NCBI GenBank assembly: GCA_035575945.1
Contig: DATLXF010000055.1
Span: forward strand, 3,727-67,726
Length of the DNA stretch: 64,000 bases
Reading direction: 5' to 3'
Source: Bradyrhizobium sp.
GTDB lineage: Bacteria > Pseudomonadota > Alphaproteobacteria > Rhizobiales > Xanthobacteraceae
A program made the position numbers and the translations under genes. The notes below the pieces were generated by a model, which did no database searches, had not been told where the DNA came from, and saw nothing but the letters and a program-made list of their open reading frames with translations. Below, piece by piece: positions 49,716-60,459 of this stretch (the stretch's first letter is position 1; the number at the start of each line of letters is the position of its first letter).

Positions 49716-50498
49716 ATGGCAAGAGAAACTCAAGGCGAAATCCAGGATCCCATCATCCGCGTCCGCGGCATCACCGTGCAGTTCGGCGAAACGCGCGTGC
49801 TCGACGGCCTCAATCTCGACGTCAGGCGCGGCGAGATCCTCGGCTTCGTCGGTCCCTCCGGCGCGGGCAAGTCGGTGCTGACGCGTACCATCATCGGCCT
49901 CGTGCCGAAGGTCGCAGGCTCGATCGAGGTGTTCGGCGTCGACCTCGATTCCTCCAGCACCTCGGAGCGGCGCAACGTCGAGCGGCGCTGGGGCGTCCTG
50001 TTCCAGCAGGGCGCGCTGTTCTCCTCGCTCACGGTGCGGCAGAACATCCAGTTCCCGATGCGCGAATATCTGCGTGTCTCGCAGCAGCTGATGGACGAGA
50101 TCACCATGGCCAAGCTGGCGATGGTCGGGCTCAAGCCCGAGGTTGCCGAACGCTTTCCCTCTGAGCTCTCGGGCGGCATGATCAAACGCGTGGCGCTGGC
50201 CCGCGCGCTCTCGCTCGATCCGGACCTCGTGTTCCTGGACGAGCCGACCTCGGGCCTCGACCCGATCGGCGCCGGCGATTTCGACGAACTGGTCCGGACG
50301 CTCCAGCGCACTTTGGGGCTGACCGTTTTCATGGTAACCCACGACCTCGACAGCCTCTATACAGCGTGCGACCGCATCGCCGTTTTAGGCAACGGTAAGA
50401 TCATTGCCGCAGGGTCGATCGCCGACATGCAGGCCTCGCAGCATCCCTGGCTGAGGCAGTATTTCCATGGCAAGCGCGCCCGCGCGGTCATGAGTTGA
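49716..50498 (+). CDS. mlaF: MlaF-family ABC ATPase
   Basis: GPSGAGKS, FQQGALFSSL, LSGGMIKR, LDEPTSGLDP. Confidence 0.9.
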   Translation: MARETQGEIQDPIIRVRGITVQFGETRVLDGLNLDVRRGEILGFVGPSGAGKSVLTRTIIGLVPKVAGSIEVFGVDLDSSSTSERRNVERRWGVLFQQGALFSSLTVRQNIQFPMREYLRVSQQLMDEITMAKLAMVGLKPEVAERFPSELSGGMIKRVALARALSLDPDLVFLDEPTSGLDPIGAGDFDELVRTLQRTLGLTVFMVTHDLDSLYTACDRIAVLGNGKIIAAGSIADMQASQHPWLRQYFHGKRARAVMS

Positions 50499-50526
50499 TG
50501 AGCAGGGTTGAGTAGCCGGAGCACTG

Positions 50527-51393
50527 ATGGAAACGCGGGCGAACTACATCCTGATCGGCTCGTTCACGCTGGCCGTGATCGCCGCGGCGGTCGGCTTCGT
50601 GCTGTGGTTCCAGTCGCTGCACACCACCAAGCAGCGCAGCCCGCTGCGGGTGGTGTTCGAGGGCCCGGCGGCGGGCCTCCGAAACGGCGGCAGCGTCAAT
50701 TTCAACGGTATCCGGGTGGGTGAGGTGGTCTCGGTGAAGCTGGACAACCCGCGGCGGGTTGTCGCACTCGCCATGATCGAGAACAACGCCCCGATCCGCA
50801 AGGACACGCTGGTCGGGCTCGAATTCCAGGGCCTCACGGGCGTTGCCGCCATCTCGTTGAAGGGCGGCGACGAGGCCGCGGCGCCGCCGCCGCTCGACCA
50901 GGACGGCATCCCCACGCTGACCGCCGATCCCAACAAGCTCCAGGACGTCACCGAAGCGATCCGCGCCACGCTGCAGAACATCAACAAGATCGTCGCCGAC
51001 AATCAGGAATCCGTGAAGAACTCGCTGAAGAACCTCGAGACCTTCACCAACTCGCTCGCCCGCAACTCCGAGAGGATCGACGGCGTGATGGCCAAGGTCG
51101 ACGGCGTCATGCTTAAGGCCGACAGCCTGATGCTCGGCCTCAATACGCTGGCCGGCGGCAAGGACGGCGGCGAGCTGTTCCAGGCGGTGAAGTCGATCCG
51201 CGAACTCGCCGAAGACTTCGACAAGCGCTCCGGCGCGCTGATGGCCGACGGCCGCCGCACCCTCGGCGACATCAGCCGCGCCGTGAACAATTTCGACCGC
51301 AACCCGACCCGCGTGCTGTTCGGCGCCAGCAACTCGTCGCAGCCCGCCCCGCCGCCCGAGCCGCCGAAGCCGGCGGCGGCGCCGAGGCGGTAG
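50527..51393 (+). CDS. mlaD: MCE/MlaD family substrate-binding protein
   Basis: METRANY.LIG.F TM anchor, GL..GGSV.FNGIRVGEV, QGLTG, helical tail. Confidence 0.88.
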   Translation: METRANYILIGSFTLAVIAAAVGFVLWFQSLHTTKQRSPLRVVFEGPAAGLRNGGSVNFNGIRVGEVVSVKLDNPRRVVALAMIENNAPIRKDTLVGLEFQGLTGVAAISLKGGDEAAAPPPLDQDGIPTLTADPNKLQDVTEAIRATLQNINKIVADNQESVKNSLKNLETFTNSLARNSERIDGVMAKVDGVMLKADSLMLGLNTLAGGKDGGELFQAVKSIRELAEDFDKRSGALMADGRRTLGDISRAVNNFDRNPTRVLFGASNSSQPAPPPEPPKPAAAPRR

Positions 51394-51399
51394 GAAGGC

Positions 51400-51436
51400 C
51401 TCTTCCCTTCTCCCACAAGGGGAGAAGGAAGAAGAG
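51400..51436. repeat. Single ctcccacaagggg-type hairpin
   Basis: cccttctcccacaaggggagaagg matches the arm of the 26881..27035 element. Confidence 0.6.
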
Positions 51437-51508
51437 AGCTCCGCGGCAGCAACTGTCTCCGAGACAGCATCTACTTCGTCGCCAGAGCGCAACGACGAGC
51501 TCAAACAC

Positions 51509-51535
51509 AAACGGAGGCCGTGAGGCCTCCGTTTT
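51509..51535. terminator. Bidirectional intrinsic terminator between convergent genes
   Basis: aaacggaggcc-gtga-ggcctccgtttt. Confidence 0.85.
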
Positions 51536-51559
51536 CAGTCGCTATTCGCAAGCTTCGTC

Positions 51560-54500
51560 TCACCCCAGCCGGCCCGCCGCATGCGCGAGCAGGGTGTAGA
51601 CCAAACCCGTCTCCGAGGTCAGGTGGCTGCGCAGCTCCTGCGGGCCGCGGCCGTCGCGGGCGACCTCGTCGAGCAGGCGCTCGAACTCGACCACGTAGCG
51701 ATCGACCGTGCCCTTGAAGTTGCGGTCGGCGCGGTACTTGCGGGCGACCTCGTCGAAGGCCTTCTGGCCGGCCGGCGTGTAGAGGCGCTTGGTAAAGGCC
51801 TTGTTCTCCCCGCGCTGGTAGCGGTCCCACATCTCGGCAGCGAGGTTGCGGTCCATCAGCCGGCCGATGTCGAGCGACAGCGATTCCAGCGGATTGCCGC
51901 TTGGTTGCGGGGCCTGCGGCTGCGGTGCGGGCGCCGCGCGGCCGCGCGGAGCCTCACGTGCGGCCGGCGCGGCGCCCTGGTTGGCGTCCGTGCGGCTCAG
52001 CAGGTCCGACAGCCAGCCGTCGCGGCCCTGGTCGTTGCCGGGCGCGACCGGCGGCGCTTCGGTGCGGCGCGAGGGCGCGGGCATGCCGAGGTCCGGCGGT
52101 GGCAGCGTGGAGGCGCTGCCGGTGTCGCGCATGCGGGTCTCGGGAGCACGAGCGCCTGCGATCGCCATCACAGGCTCTTCCTGGCGGTGGACGCTGGCGC
52201 GGCCCGCCGTGGTGACGTCGAGCCCGCGGCCGTGCTGAGCCACGATGCGGTTGAGCTCGGCGAGGGCCTCGATCTGGTCGACGATCACCTTGCGCATCTG
52301 CGCGGTGCTTTCCGCGGCCTCCTGCGGCATCTCGAGCACGCCGCGGCGCAGCTCGTTGCGGGTGGCTTCGAGCTCGTTGTGCATCTCGAGAGCCATCTGC
52401 TTCATGCTGGCGACGAGGTTGGTGAACTTCTCGGTCGACTGCTTGAACATCGCATCCGCCTCGTCCGTGGTCTGGCGGTAGATGTCGTGCATGGCCTCGA
52501 TCGTCTGCCGATGCTCCTCCTCGGACGCCACGCGCACCGCCTCGAACTGACGGGTGATCGCCGCCGAGCCTGCGCCGGCGGTCTCGGCGACGACGCGGGC
52601 GATGTCGCGGGCGCGCTCTTCGGCGGCCGCCAGCGATTCATCGAGCAGGCCGGTGAAGCGCGACAGCCGCTGGTCGAGATCGGCGGTGCGCAGGTCGATC
52701 GTGGTGACGAGCGATTCCAGCGCCTGCTTGCGTTCGGCGAGCGAGGCGGTGGTGTTCTTGTTGCTCTGCTCGACCACCTGCGCGGCCTCGACCAGCGCCT
52801 GGCCGTGCTTGTCGAACTGCGTCGACAGCTCGCCGAGATCCTGCAGCGCCTTCGTGGTCTTGCTGTTGAAGACGTTGAGCTGCTCTTCGAGGTTCTGCGT
52901 CGCAGCGCCGTTGCGCGAGGTGACGTCGTTCATCGCCGAGACGAAGTCGGCGACACGCGTCACCAGCGCCCGCTCCAGCGAGTTGAGGTTGTCGTGCGCA
53001 CCGGTCAGCACCTCCTGGAGCAGGATGTTGCCTTCGCGCAGGCGCTCGAACAGGGCGACCGTGTCGGTGCGCAGGATCTTGCTGGTCTCCTGCATCTCGG
53101 TGACGGCCGCGATCGAAACCTGGCGCGACTGGTCGATTGCGGAACGCGAGGCCTGCTCGAGGTCCTTGAGCGACTTGCTGACCGCGCCGGTGGCGATCTC
53201 GCTCGCCACGTTGATGGTGCGGGCGACTTCCGAGCCGTTGCCCATCATAGTCTGCGAGAAGGCCTGGCCACGCGTCTCGATCGACTTCAGCGCATCGGAG
53301 GTGACACGGTCGATGTCGAGCGTGAGCTGGCTGGCCTTCGAGCCGATCGCGTCCACCAGCGCTCCGCGCTTGGCGTCGATCATGCTCGACAGGCGGTCGG
53401 CCTGCTGCTGCACGTAGGTGACGATCTCGTCGGTCTTGCCGGTCATGGCCTGACCGAAGCTGGAGCTGGCGGCGAGCACCGAGCGCTCGACGTCGGCCGA
53501 ACTCGTCTTGACCCGCGAGCTCGCCTCGTTGGAGGCGGAGATCAGCGCGTTCTGGGCGTTGAGCGCGCTGGTCTGGATGTCGTTGGTCGCGTTGGCGGTG
53601 GCCGCGCTCAGCGTGCGCTCGATCTCGGTCGAGATCGTGCGGATCTGGCTTGCGGCGTCGGCCGAGGTCGAGGTCAGCGAGATCTGCGCCTCGCGCGCGC
53701 TGCTGAGAATGGTCGATGCGGTGTCGGCGCCGACCGCGGTCAGCGTGCGCTCGATGTCGGAGGTCAGCGACTTGATCTGGCTCGCAGCGTCGGTCGAAGC
53801 GGAGATCAGCGAGCCCTGGGCCTCGCGAACGCCGCTGGTGAGCGCCTCGATGGTGGCGCCGCCGGCGGTCGCCAGCGCGCGCTGCATCTCGGCCGCGAGC
53901 GAACGGACCTGGCTGGTCTGTTCGGCGGAGACAGCAAGAAGGGTGCTCTGGGCGTCGCGGGCGCTGGTGGTGATGGTCTCCGCGGTCGACTGGCCGACCT
54001 GCGAGAGCGAACGGTGCACTTCGGCGGCGAGCGACTTGACCTGGCTCGCTGCATCGGAGGACGCCGTGACCAACGTGGTCTGGGCCTCGCGCGCGCCGCT
54101 CATGATGGTCTCGGCCGTCGAAGTCCCCGCCATTGTCAGCGAGCGCTGCACGTCAGAGGATAGCGCCTTGATCTGATTGGCGGTCTCGGTCGACGCCGCG
54201 ATCAGCGCGCTCTGCGCATCGCGGGCGCCAGCGGTGATCGATTCCGCGGTGGCGGTGCCGGCCAGCGACAGCGAACGCTGCACGTCGGCGGTGAGCGTCT
54301 TGACCTGGCTCGCCGCATCCGAGGACGCCGTGACCAGCGTGGTCTGCACCTCGCGGGCGCCGGCCAGGAGCGAGGCCGCGGTGGCGGAGCCTGCCGCCGA
54401 CAGGGTGCGTTCCACGTCGGCCGCGAGCCCCTTGATCTGGTTCGAGGCCTCGCCCGATGCGGCGACCAGCGTCGATTGTGCTTCGCGGGCGCTGGTCAGG

Positions 54501-57334
54501 ATCGAATTGGCCGCGCCGGTGCCGACCGCGGTCAGCGCCTGCTCGACCTCGGCCGAGGTCATCTTGAGCTGGGCGTTGACGTCGGAGGAGACCGTCAGCA
54601 GCGACTGCTGCGCGGTGCGCGCGCCGGTCTGGATCGTCTCGCTGGTGTTGACGACGAGGTTGGTGAGCGAGCGCTCGGCATCCTCGACGTGCGAACGGAT
54701 CGCGGTCGAGATCATCTCGGCGCGGGACATCATGTCCTCGCTGGCCTGGCGTCCGCTGCTTTCGATGCGGCCGGCGACGGCCTCGACGCGCGAGCCGAGC
54801 AGGTCCTCGAACTGCGCCACGCGCACGTCGATGTCGCTGGCGACCGAGCCGACCTTGGTCTCGATGGCCTGCTGGATCTCCTGGAAGCGCGCGGTGACCG
54901 TGTCGGTCAGATGCGTGCTGCGGCCGTCGATGATTTCGGTGACGCCGGTGATGCGGCGGTCGACCGCCTCGATCGCCTGCGCGGTGCCGTCGGTGAGGGT
55001 CGACGTGAGGAGGCTCAGGCGGGTATCGATCGACTGCACCGCCTGCGAGGCGCCGTTCGTGACCGCTGTCGCCAGGTAGGTGAGGCGGGAATCGATGGAT
55101 TCGAGCGCCTGCGTCGCGCCGCCGCTGAGAGTCGTCGTGAGATGCGTCAGGCGGGTATCGATCGTCTGGATGGTCTGCGAGGCACCGTCGGTCAGTGAGC
55201 TCGTGAGGTGGTTGAGGCGCGCATCGATGGTTTCGATGGCCTGGGAGGCACCGCCGGTCAGCGAGTTGGTGAGGTGGTTGAGCCGTGCATCGATGGCTTC
55301 GATGGCCTGCGAGGCGCCGCCGGTGAGCGTCGTCGTCAGGTGGGTGAGGCGGGAGTCGATCGACTGGATCGCCTGCGCGGCGCCGTCGGTCAGCGACGTC
55401 GCCAGCGTGCTGATGCGCCCGTCGATGGTCTCGGTCATGGACCTGGCACGGCCGTCGAACGACTGTTCGAGCGCGGCGACGCGGCCGACGAGTTGCTCGT
55501 CGAAGGTCCTGATATGGCCCTCGATGGTGCCGTCGAGGCTGGCGATCTTGCCGTCCAGCGAGGCGTCGATACTGCCGACGCGTTCACCGATCCTGGTCTC
55601 GAACTGCGCAAGGCGCTGGTCGAGGATCGCGGTGATCTCGCCGCCGTTCGCCGTGAAGCGGGTGTCGAAATTGTCGACGTAGGTCTTCAGCGACTCGTGG
55701 ATGTCCTGCGTGCGCTGGCCCATCCGCTCGACGATCTCGCCGCCGAAGGTCTTCACCGTGCGGTCGAATTCGGAGATGTGGCGCGTGATCAGCGCGCCCA
55801 GAGTGCCGGAATCGCGGGCAAACTTCTCGACCAGCTCGGTGCCCTGGTTCCGCACCAGCTCGTCGAACGCGCTCATCTGCAGCGACAGCGAGTCGTGCGC
55901 GGTCTCGGTCTGGCTGACGACCTTGGCGACGAGGGCGTTGACCGTGGCGTCGAGCGCCTCGCTGGCCTTGTCGCCGCTGGTCATGATCTGGCCGGCGAGG
56001 CGGTTGCCGGCGTCATCGATCTTGGCGGAGATGTCATTGGAGCGCAGCTCGAGCTCGAGCAGCAGCGAGTCCGACGAGTTCTTCAGGCTGTCGTGCACCT
56101 GCTCGGTGCGCTCGGAGATGCCATCGACAATCGCGGCGGAGCGCTGTTCGAACTCGCCGGTGATGCGGTCGATGCGCTCGTTCAGCATTTCGTGCACGCG
56201 GTCGGCGAGGTCGACGAACTCGTCGTGGACGTGGCCGGTCTTGAAGTTGAGGCTGGTGGTCAGCCGCTCGCTGGCGTCGAGCACGGCCCGCGTGGTCTCG
56301 TTGCTGGCCTCCTCGAGGCGGTCGAGCAGATCGCCGCCGCGCTCGCCGAGCGCCAGGATCATGTTGTCGCCGGCATTGCTCAGCGCCTGGGTGATGTGGG
56401 CGCCGCGCTCTTCGAGCGCGCCGGTGATCGACTTGGCGACCTCGTCGACGCGGGAGGCGATCGCGTCCGAGATCAGCGCGATGTCGTGGCGCAGGTCGAT
56501 CTGCACGCCCGAGATGGCGCTGCGGACCTGCTCGGCCTGGCCGACCAGATTGTCGCGCTGATGCGCGATGTCCTGGAGCAGGGCGCGGATGCGCACCTCG
56601 TTGTCGGAATAGGCGCGTTCGAGCGCGGCGACCTCGTTGGCGACCAGCGTCTCGAGTTCGCCGGCGCGCGCGATGGCGCGTTCGATGCCGTCGCCCATCG
56701 CCGCGACCTCGCGGCGGATGGCCTGGCCGACCGTGACCATGGAATCGGAGGCCGAACCTTCCGGCTCGGAGAAGCGGATCGCGACCTGCGCCATCGCCTG
56801 CGCGATCATGCGCATTTCCTGGCCGCGCCAGACCAGGCTCGCCAGGAAGTAGAACAGCATGATCGGCGCGAAGAACATCGCGACGAGACCGGCAATGACG
56901 AGCACGCCGCCGCTCTGGCCCATGGCGGCCTGGATCGAGGGCAAGAAGCCGACGGTCAATGCGGCGCAGGCGGCGAGCCAGATGCCGGCGAAGATGGTGG
57001 CGAAAGTGTAGACGCTGCGGGCAGGGCGGCCCTTCTGGAGCGCCTGGAGCAATTGTCCGATTGTCTCGCGGTCGTCGTTGGCGGCGCGGCGTGCGGCGCG
57101 CGGCTCCTCGACCGGGTCGAACACGGTCGACCGCTCATTGGCCGGCGGCCTCGGCTCGAAGCTCGGCTCGTCGAAGATCGGGGGCGCGGGCGGCGGCACC
57201 GCGGGCGCCGTTTCGTTGCGCATCGTGGCGTTGCGGCTGGTGTCCGCGGCCGTGTCGCTGATGTTCAGGGCTTCCTGGATTGCAGAAAGCGCAACTTCTG
57301 TGGGGTCTTTGACCTTTTTCGGAGTGTTCGCCAT
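51560..57334 (-). CDS. Very large apolipoprotein-repeat/coiled-coil membrane protein, GPR/RgsE-like polar growth protein
   Basis: Likely start MANTPKKVKDP..ALSAIQEAL; AANDDR; two TMs; long 22/44-aa helical repeats; C-terminal W.RYQRGE..F..RLYT and YTLLAHAAGRL. Confidence 0.8.
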   Translation of the reverse strand: MANTPKKVKDPTEVALSAIQEALNISDTAADTSRNATMRNETAPAVPPPAPPIFDEPSFEPRPPANERSTVFDPVEEPRAARRAANDDRETIGQLLQALQKGRPARSVYTFATIFAGIWLAACAALTVGFLPSIQAAMGQSGGVLVIAGLVAMFFAPIMLFYFLASLVWRGQEMRMIAQAMAQVAIRFSEPEGSASDSMVTVGQAIRREVAAMGDGIERAIARAGELETLVANEVAALERAYSDNEVRIRALLQDIAHQRDNLVGQAEQVRSAISGVQIDLRHDIALISDAIASRVDEVAKSITGALEERGAHITQALSNAGDNMILALGERGGDLLDRLEEASNETTRAVLDASERLTTSLNFKTGHVHDEFVDLADRVHEMLNERIDRITGEFEQRSAAIVDGISERTEQVHDSLKNSSDSLLLELELRSNDISAKIDDAGNRLAGQIMTSGDKASEALDATVNALVAKVVSQTETAHDSLSLQMSAFDELVRNQGTELVEKFARDSGTLGALITRHISEFDRTVKTFGGEIVERMGQRTQDIHESLKTYVDNFDTRFTANGGEITAILDQRLAQFETRIGERVGSIDASLDGKIASLDGTIEGHIRTFDEQLVGRVAALEQSFDGRARSMTETIDGRISTLATSLTDGAAQAIQSIDSRLTHLTTTLTGGASQAIEAIDARLNHLTNSLTGGASQAIETIDARLNHLTSSLTDGASQTIQTIDTRLTHLTTTLSGGATQALESIDSRLTYLATAVTNGASQAVQSIDTRLSLLTSTLTDGTAQAIEAVDRRITGVTEIIDGRSTHLTDTVTARFQEIQQAIETKVGSVASDIDVRVAQFEDLLGSRVEAVAGRIESSGRQASEDMMSRAEMISTAIRSHVEDAERSLTNLVVNTSETIQTGARTAQQSLLTVSSDVNAQLKMTSAEVEQALTAVGTGAANSILTSAREAQSTLVAASGEASNQIKGLAADVERTLSAAGSATAASLLAGAREVQTTLVTASSDAASQVKTLTADVQRSLSLAGTATAESITAGARDAQSALIAASTETANQIKALSSDVQRSLTMAGTSTAETIMSGAREAQTTLVTASSDAASQVKSLAAEVHRSLSQVGQSTAETITTSARDAQSTLLAVSAEQTSQVRSLAAEMQRALATAGGATIEALTSGVREAQGSLISASTDAASQIKSLTSDIERTLTAVGADTASTILSSAREAQISLTSTSADAASQIRTISTEIERTLSAATANATNDIQTSALNAQNALISASNEASSRVKTSSADVERSVLAASSSFGQAMTGKTDEIVTYVQQQADRLSSMIDAKRGALVDAIGSKASQLTLDIDRVTSDALKSIETRGQAFSQTMMGNGSEVARTINVASEIATGAVSKSLKDLEQASRSAIDQSRQVSIAAVTEMQETSKILRTDTVALFERLREGNILLQEVLTGAHDNLNSLERALVTRVADFVSAMNDVTSRNGAATQNLEEQLNVFNSKTTKALQDLGELSTQFDKHGQALVEAAQVVEQSNKNTTASLAERKQALESLVTTIDLRTADLDQRLSRFTGLLDESLAAAEERARDIARVVAETAGAGSAAITRQFEAVRVASEEEHRQTIEAMHDIYRQTTDEADAMFKQSTEKFTNLVASMKQMALEMHNELEATRNELRRGVLEMPQEAAESTAQMRKVIVDQIEALAELNRIVAQHGRGLDVTTAGRASVHRQEEPVMAIAGARAPETRMRDTGSASTLPPPDLGMPAPSRRTEAPPVAPGNDQGRDGWLSDLLSRTDANQGAAPAAREAPRGRAAPAPQPQAPQPSGNPLESLSLDIGRLMDRNLAAEMWDRYQRGENKAFTKRLYTPAGQKAFDEVARKYRADRNFKGTVDRYVVEFERLLDEVARDGRGPQELRSHLTSETGLVYTLLAHAAGRLG

Positions 57335-57510
57335 GTCAGTCCGAGCCCTCGTTACTTGTACGCGTCCCCCCGCGAGCCCTGCGCGCGGCGCAAGCCCACA
57401 GACCGGATCATGCCGCTTGCGCGGACTCCGCGCCGTCCCCACCCGGACGGCTTGTCCGCCAATTTCTGCAACATCCTATTGGCAGAGCGGTGCGAATGAA
57501 ATGCCCGCGA

Positions 57511-57536
57511 TTAAGACATTCTTAATCATCGTTAAC
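57511..57536. promoter_or_regulatory. CtrA box plus an extra half-site in the divergent promoter region
   Basis: TTAA-gacattc-TTAA (57511-57525, N7), then TTAAC at 57532-57536. Confidence 0.65.
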
Positions 57537-57727
57537 AGGATCGCGGTCTAACGCCTTAGCAATAAATGCAATTCTCCACCGAACCGGGCCGAATGCGGCA
57601 ACTTGTTGTCAATAAACGGGCGGATCGGCGTCAAATGCCGCGAACGGTTCGTTAACCCTTTTCATGCTTCGGTGAGGGAACCTGACCGCCGAATCGGCGG
57701 CTGTCGCGCGATGCCGGGGCCTGCGTC

Positions 57728-58102
57728 ATGACGCCTGAACTGCAAGGGATGGACTGGATGCCTTCGCCCCCGCTTGCTCCTGTCGATAGCCTGCTCGACC
57801 GCGATCACCTCGCCCGGATGACGCTCGGCGACGACGAACTGGAACAGGAAGTGCTGGCGATGTTCGCCGAGCAGGCGGTCCGTCTGCTGGCGGTGATGGA
57901 TGCCATGCCGGCGGAGACCGGCGCGCTTGCGCACAAGCTCAAGGGATCGGCGCGCGGGATCGGCGCCTTTGTCGTGGCCGATGCCGCAGCGGGCCTGGAG
58001 ACCGCGATCCGGACCGGCCGCGGCCGGTCCGATGCGTTCGCTGCGCTGAAAGAGGCGGTGACCGACGTCCGCGCCGCCATCGAGGCGATCCTCAAGCCGT
58101 AA
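57728..58102 (+). CDS. Stand-alone Hpt (histidine phosphotransfer) domain protein
   Basis: LDRDHLARMTLGD..LEQEVL.MF and AHKLKGSARGIGA with the phospho-His. Confidence 0.88.
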   Translation: MTPELQGMDWMPSPPLAPVDSLLDRDHLARMTLGDDELEQEVLAMFAEQAVRLLAVMDAMPAETGALAHKLKGSARGIGAFVVADAAAGLETAIRTGRGRSDAFAALKEAVTDVRAAIEAILKP

Positions 58103-58255
58103 GCCGTTACGGTCGGAGCCGGTTTCCACTCTCTTGTTTCAACGCGTTTTCCTGCCGCAAAGCGGGATTCATTTGGCTTCAAAACGCTATGGCGCCGGGC
58201 TGATCGACCCGTTATAGGACAGCCCAGACCCTCCTTCGCGGCAGCACGAGCACAT

Positions 58256-58576
58256 ATGGCCAAGATTCACTTTGTCGACCACAAGGGCGAAACCCGCACG
58301 GTGGAAATCGAGAACGGCGCTACCGTGATGGAAGCCGCGATCCGCAACAGCATTCCAGGTATCGAAGCCGAATGTGGCGGCGCTTGCGCCTGCGCAACCT
58401 GCCATGTCTATGTCGACGAAGCCTGGCGCGAGAAGGTCGGCAGCCCGACCCCGATGGAAGAGGACATGCTCGACTTCGGCTTCGACGTGCGTCCGAATTC
58501 CCGCCTGTCCTGCCAGATCAAGGTCTCGGACGAGCTGGACGGGCTCATCGTCGCGACGCCGGAACGGCAGGCCTGA
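58256..58576 (+). CDS. 2Fe-2S ferredoxin (adrenodoxin/putidaredoxin type)
   Basis: [23 protein letters not shown]. Confidence 0.95.
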   Translation: MAKIHFVDHKGETRTVEIENGATVMEAAIRNSIPGIEAECGGACACATCHVYVDEAWREKVGSPTPMEEDMLDFGFDVRPNSRLSCQIKVSDELDGLIVATPERQA

Positions 58577-58591
58577 CCGTCTCCACCCGTA

Positions 58592-59059
58592 CTAGACGCC
58601 CGGCGGTGCGACCTCGATGCCGCGCTTGTGCCAGGGTCTGAGCTTCTCGAGCACCTCTGCTGTCAGGGGCGTCGGACGCCGCGTCGCTTCGTCGATCATC
58701 ACGCCGACCGACGTCGCCGAGGCGATGCATCTCCCGTTCGAGAACACGACCTGCTCGAAGGTCACCGACGTCCGTCCGAGCTTCACCACGCCGAGGCCAA
58801 GCTCGATCGTATTGGGCCAATGCAGCTCGGCGCGAAAATGCATGTCGAGCCGCACCATGATCCAGGCGAGACCCCGCGGCGTCAGGCCGTATTCCGGAAG
58901 CTTCATCAGCGTGACGCGGCCGGTTTCGAAATAAGTTGCGTACACCGCGTTGTTGACGTGCTGGTTGGGATCGAGGTCGCCGAAGCGGACGTTGTCGCTG
59001 AGGCGAAACGGATAGTCCTCGAGGCGAGGCGTCGTGTCGAGGCGGGCTGGTGCGTTCAC
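58592..59059 (-). CDS. Acyl-CoA thioesterase (4HBT/hotdog family)
   Basis: VRFGDLDPNQHVNNAVYATYFETGR, GRTS. Confidence 0.9.
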   Translation of the reverse strand: MNAPARLDTTPRLEDYPFRLSDNVRFGDLDPNQHVNNAVYATYFETGRVTLMKLPEYGLTPRGLAWIMVRLDMHFRAELHWPNTIELGLGVVKLGRTSVTFEQVVFSNGRCIASATSVGVMIDEATRRPTPLTAEVLEKLRPWHKRGIEVAPPGV

Positions 59060-59232
59060 CGATTGATCTCCGTCATATCCATCCTCGTTACAGCGCAGTT
59101 ATTCTGGTCCGGCAAGTGGGCGAGGCCGCAGGGCGCTGCCGCTTTTATGCCTTCCCTGATCCATCCCCGTTGGCTAGACAGGCGGGGTCACCTCGGCCCA
59201 ACGGGCGCCGTCCAACCGATAACGACCGATAA

Positions 59233-60270
<1,038 letters not shown>

Positions 60271-60373
60271 CGGAACACGGCGGGGCGGCGATGCCCCATG
60301 TTCCTGGTGCTGGAAGCGTTCGCGAAATCGCCGTAGTCTGCGGCCATTCCGGTCGTAGGCTTGGCCAGGTTTT

Positions 60374-60454
60374 TTGGCGTAGCAAAGTTTGGCTCAGCGA
60401 AGTCTTGGCTCAACGAAGTCTTGGCTCAGCAAGGTGATTGGCTCGGCAAGGTGA
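60374..60454. repeat. Short tandem direct repeats, five units of 15-17 bp
   Basis: ttggcgtagcaaagt / ttggctcagcgaagtc / ttggctcaacgaagtc / ttggctcagcaaggtga / ttggctcggcaaggtga. Confidence 0.85.
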
Positions 60455-60459
60455 TGATC

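Noticed and set aside
60374-60454. Mini-CRISPR interpretation of the tandem repeats
   Set aside because: The units are contiguous, too short, lack unique spacers, and no cas genes are nearby.
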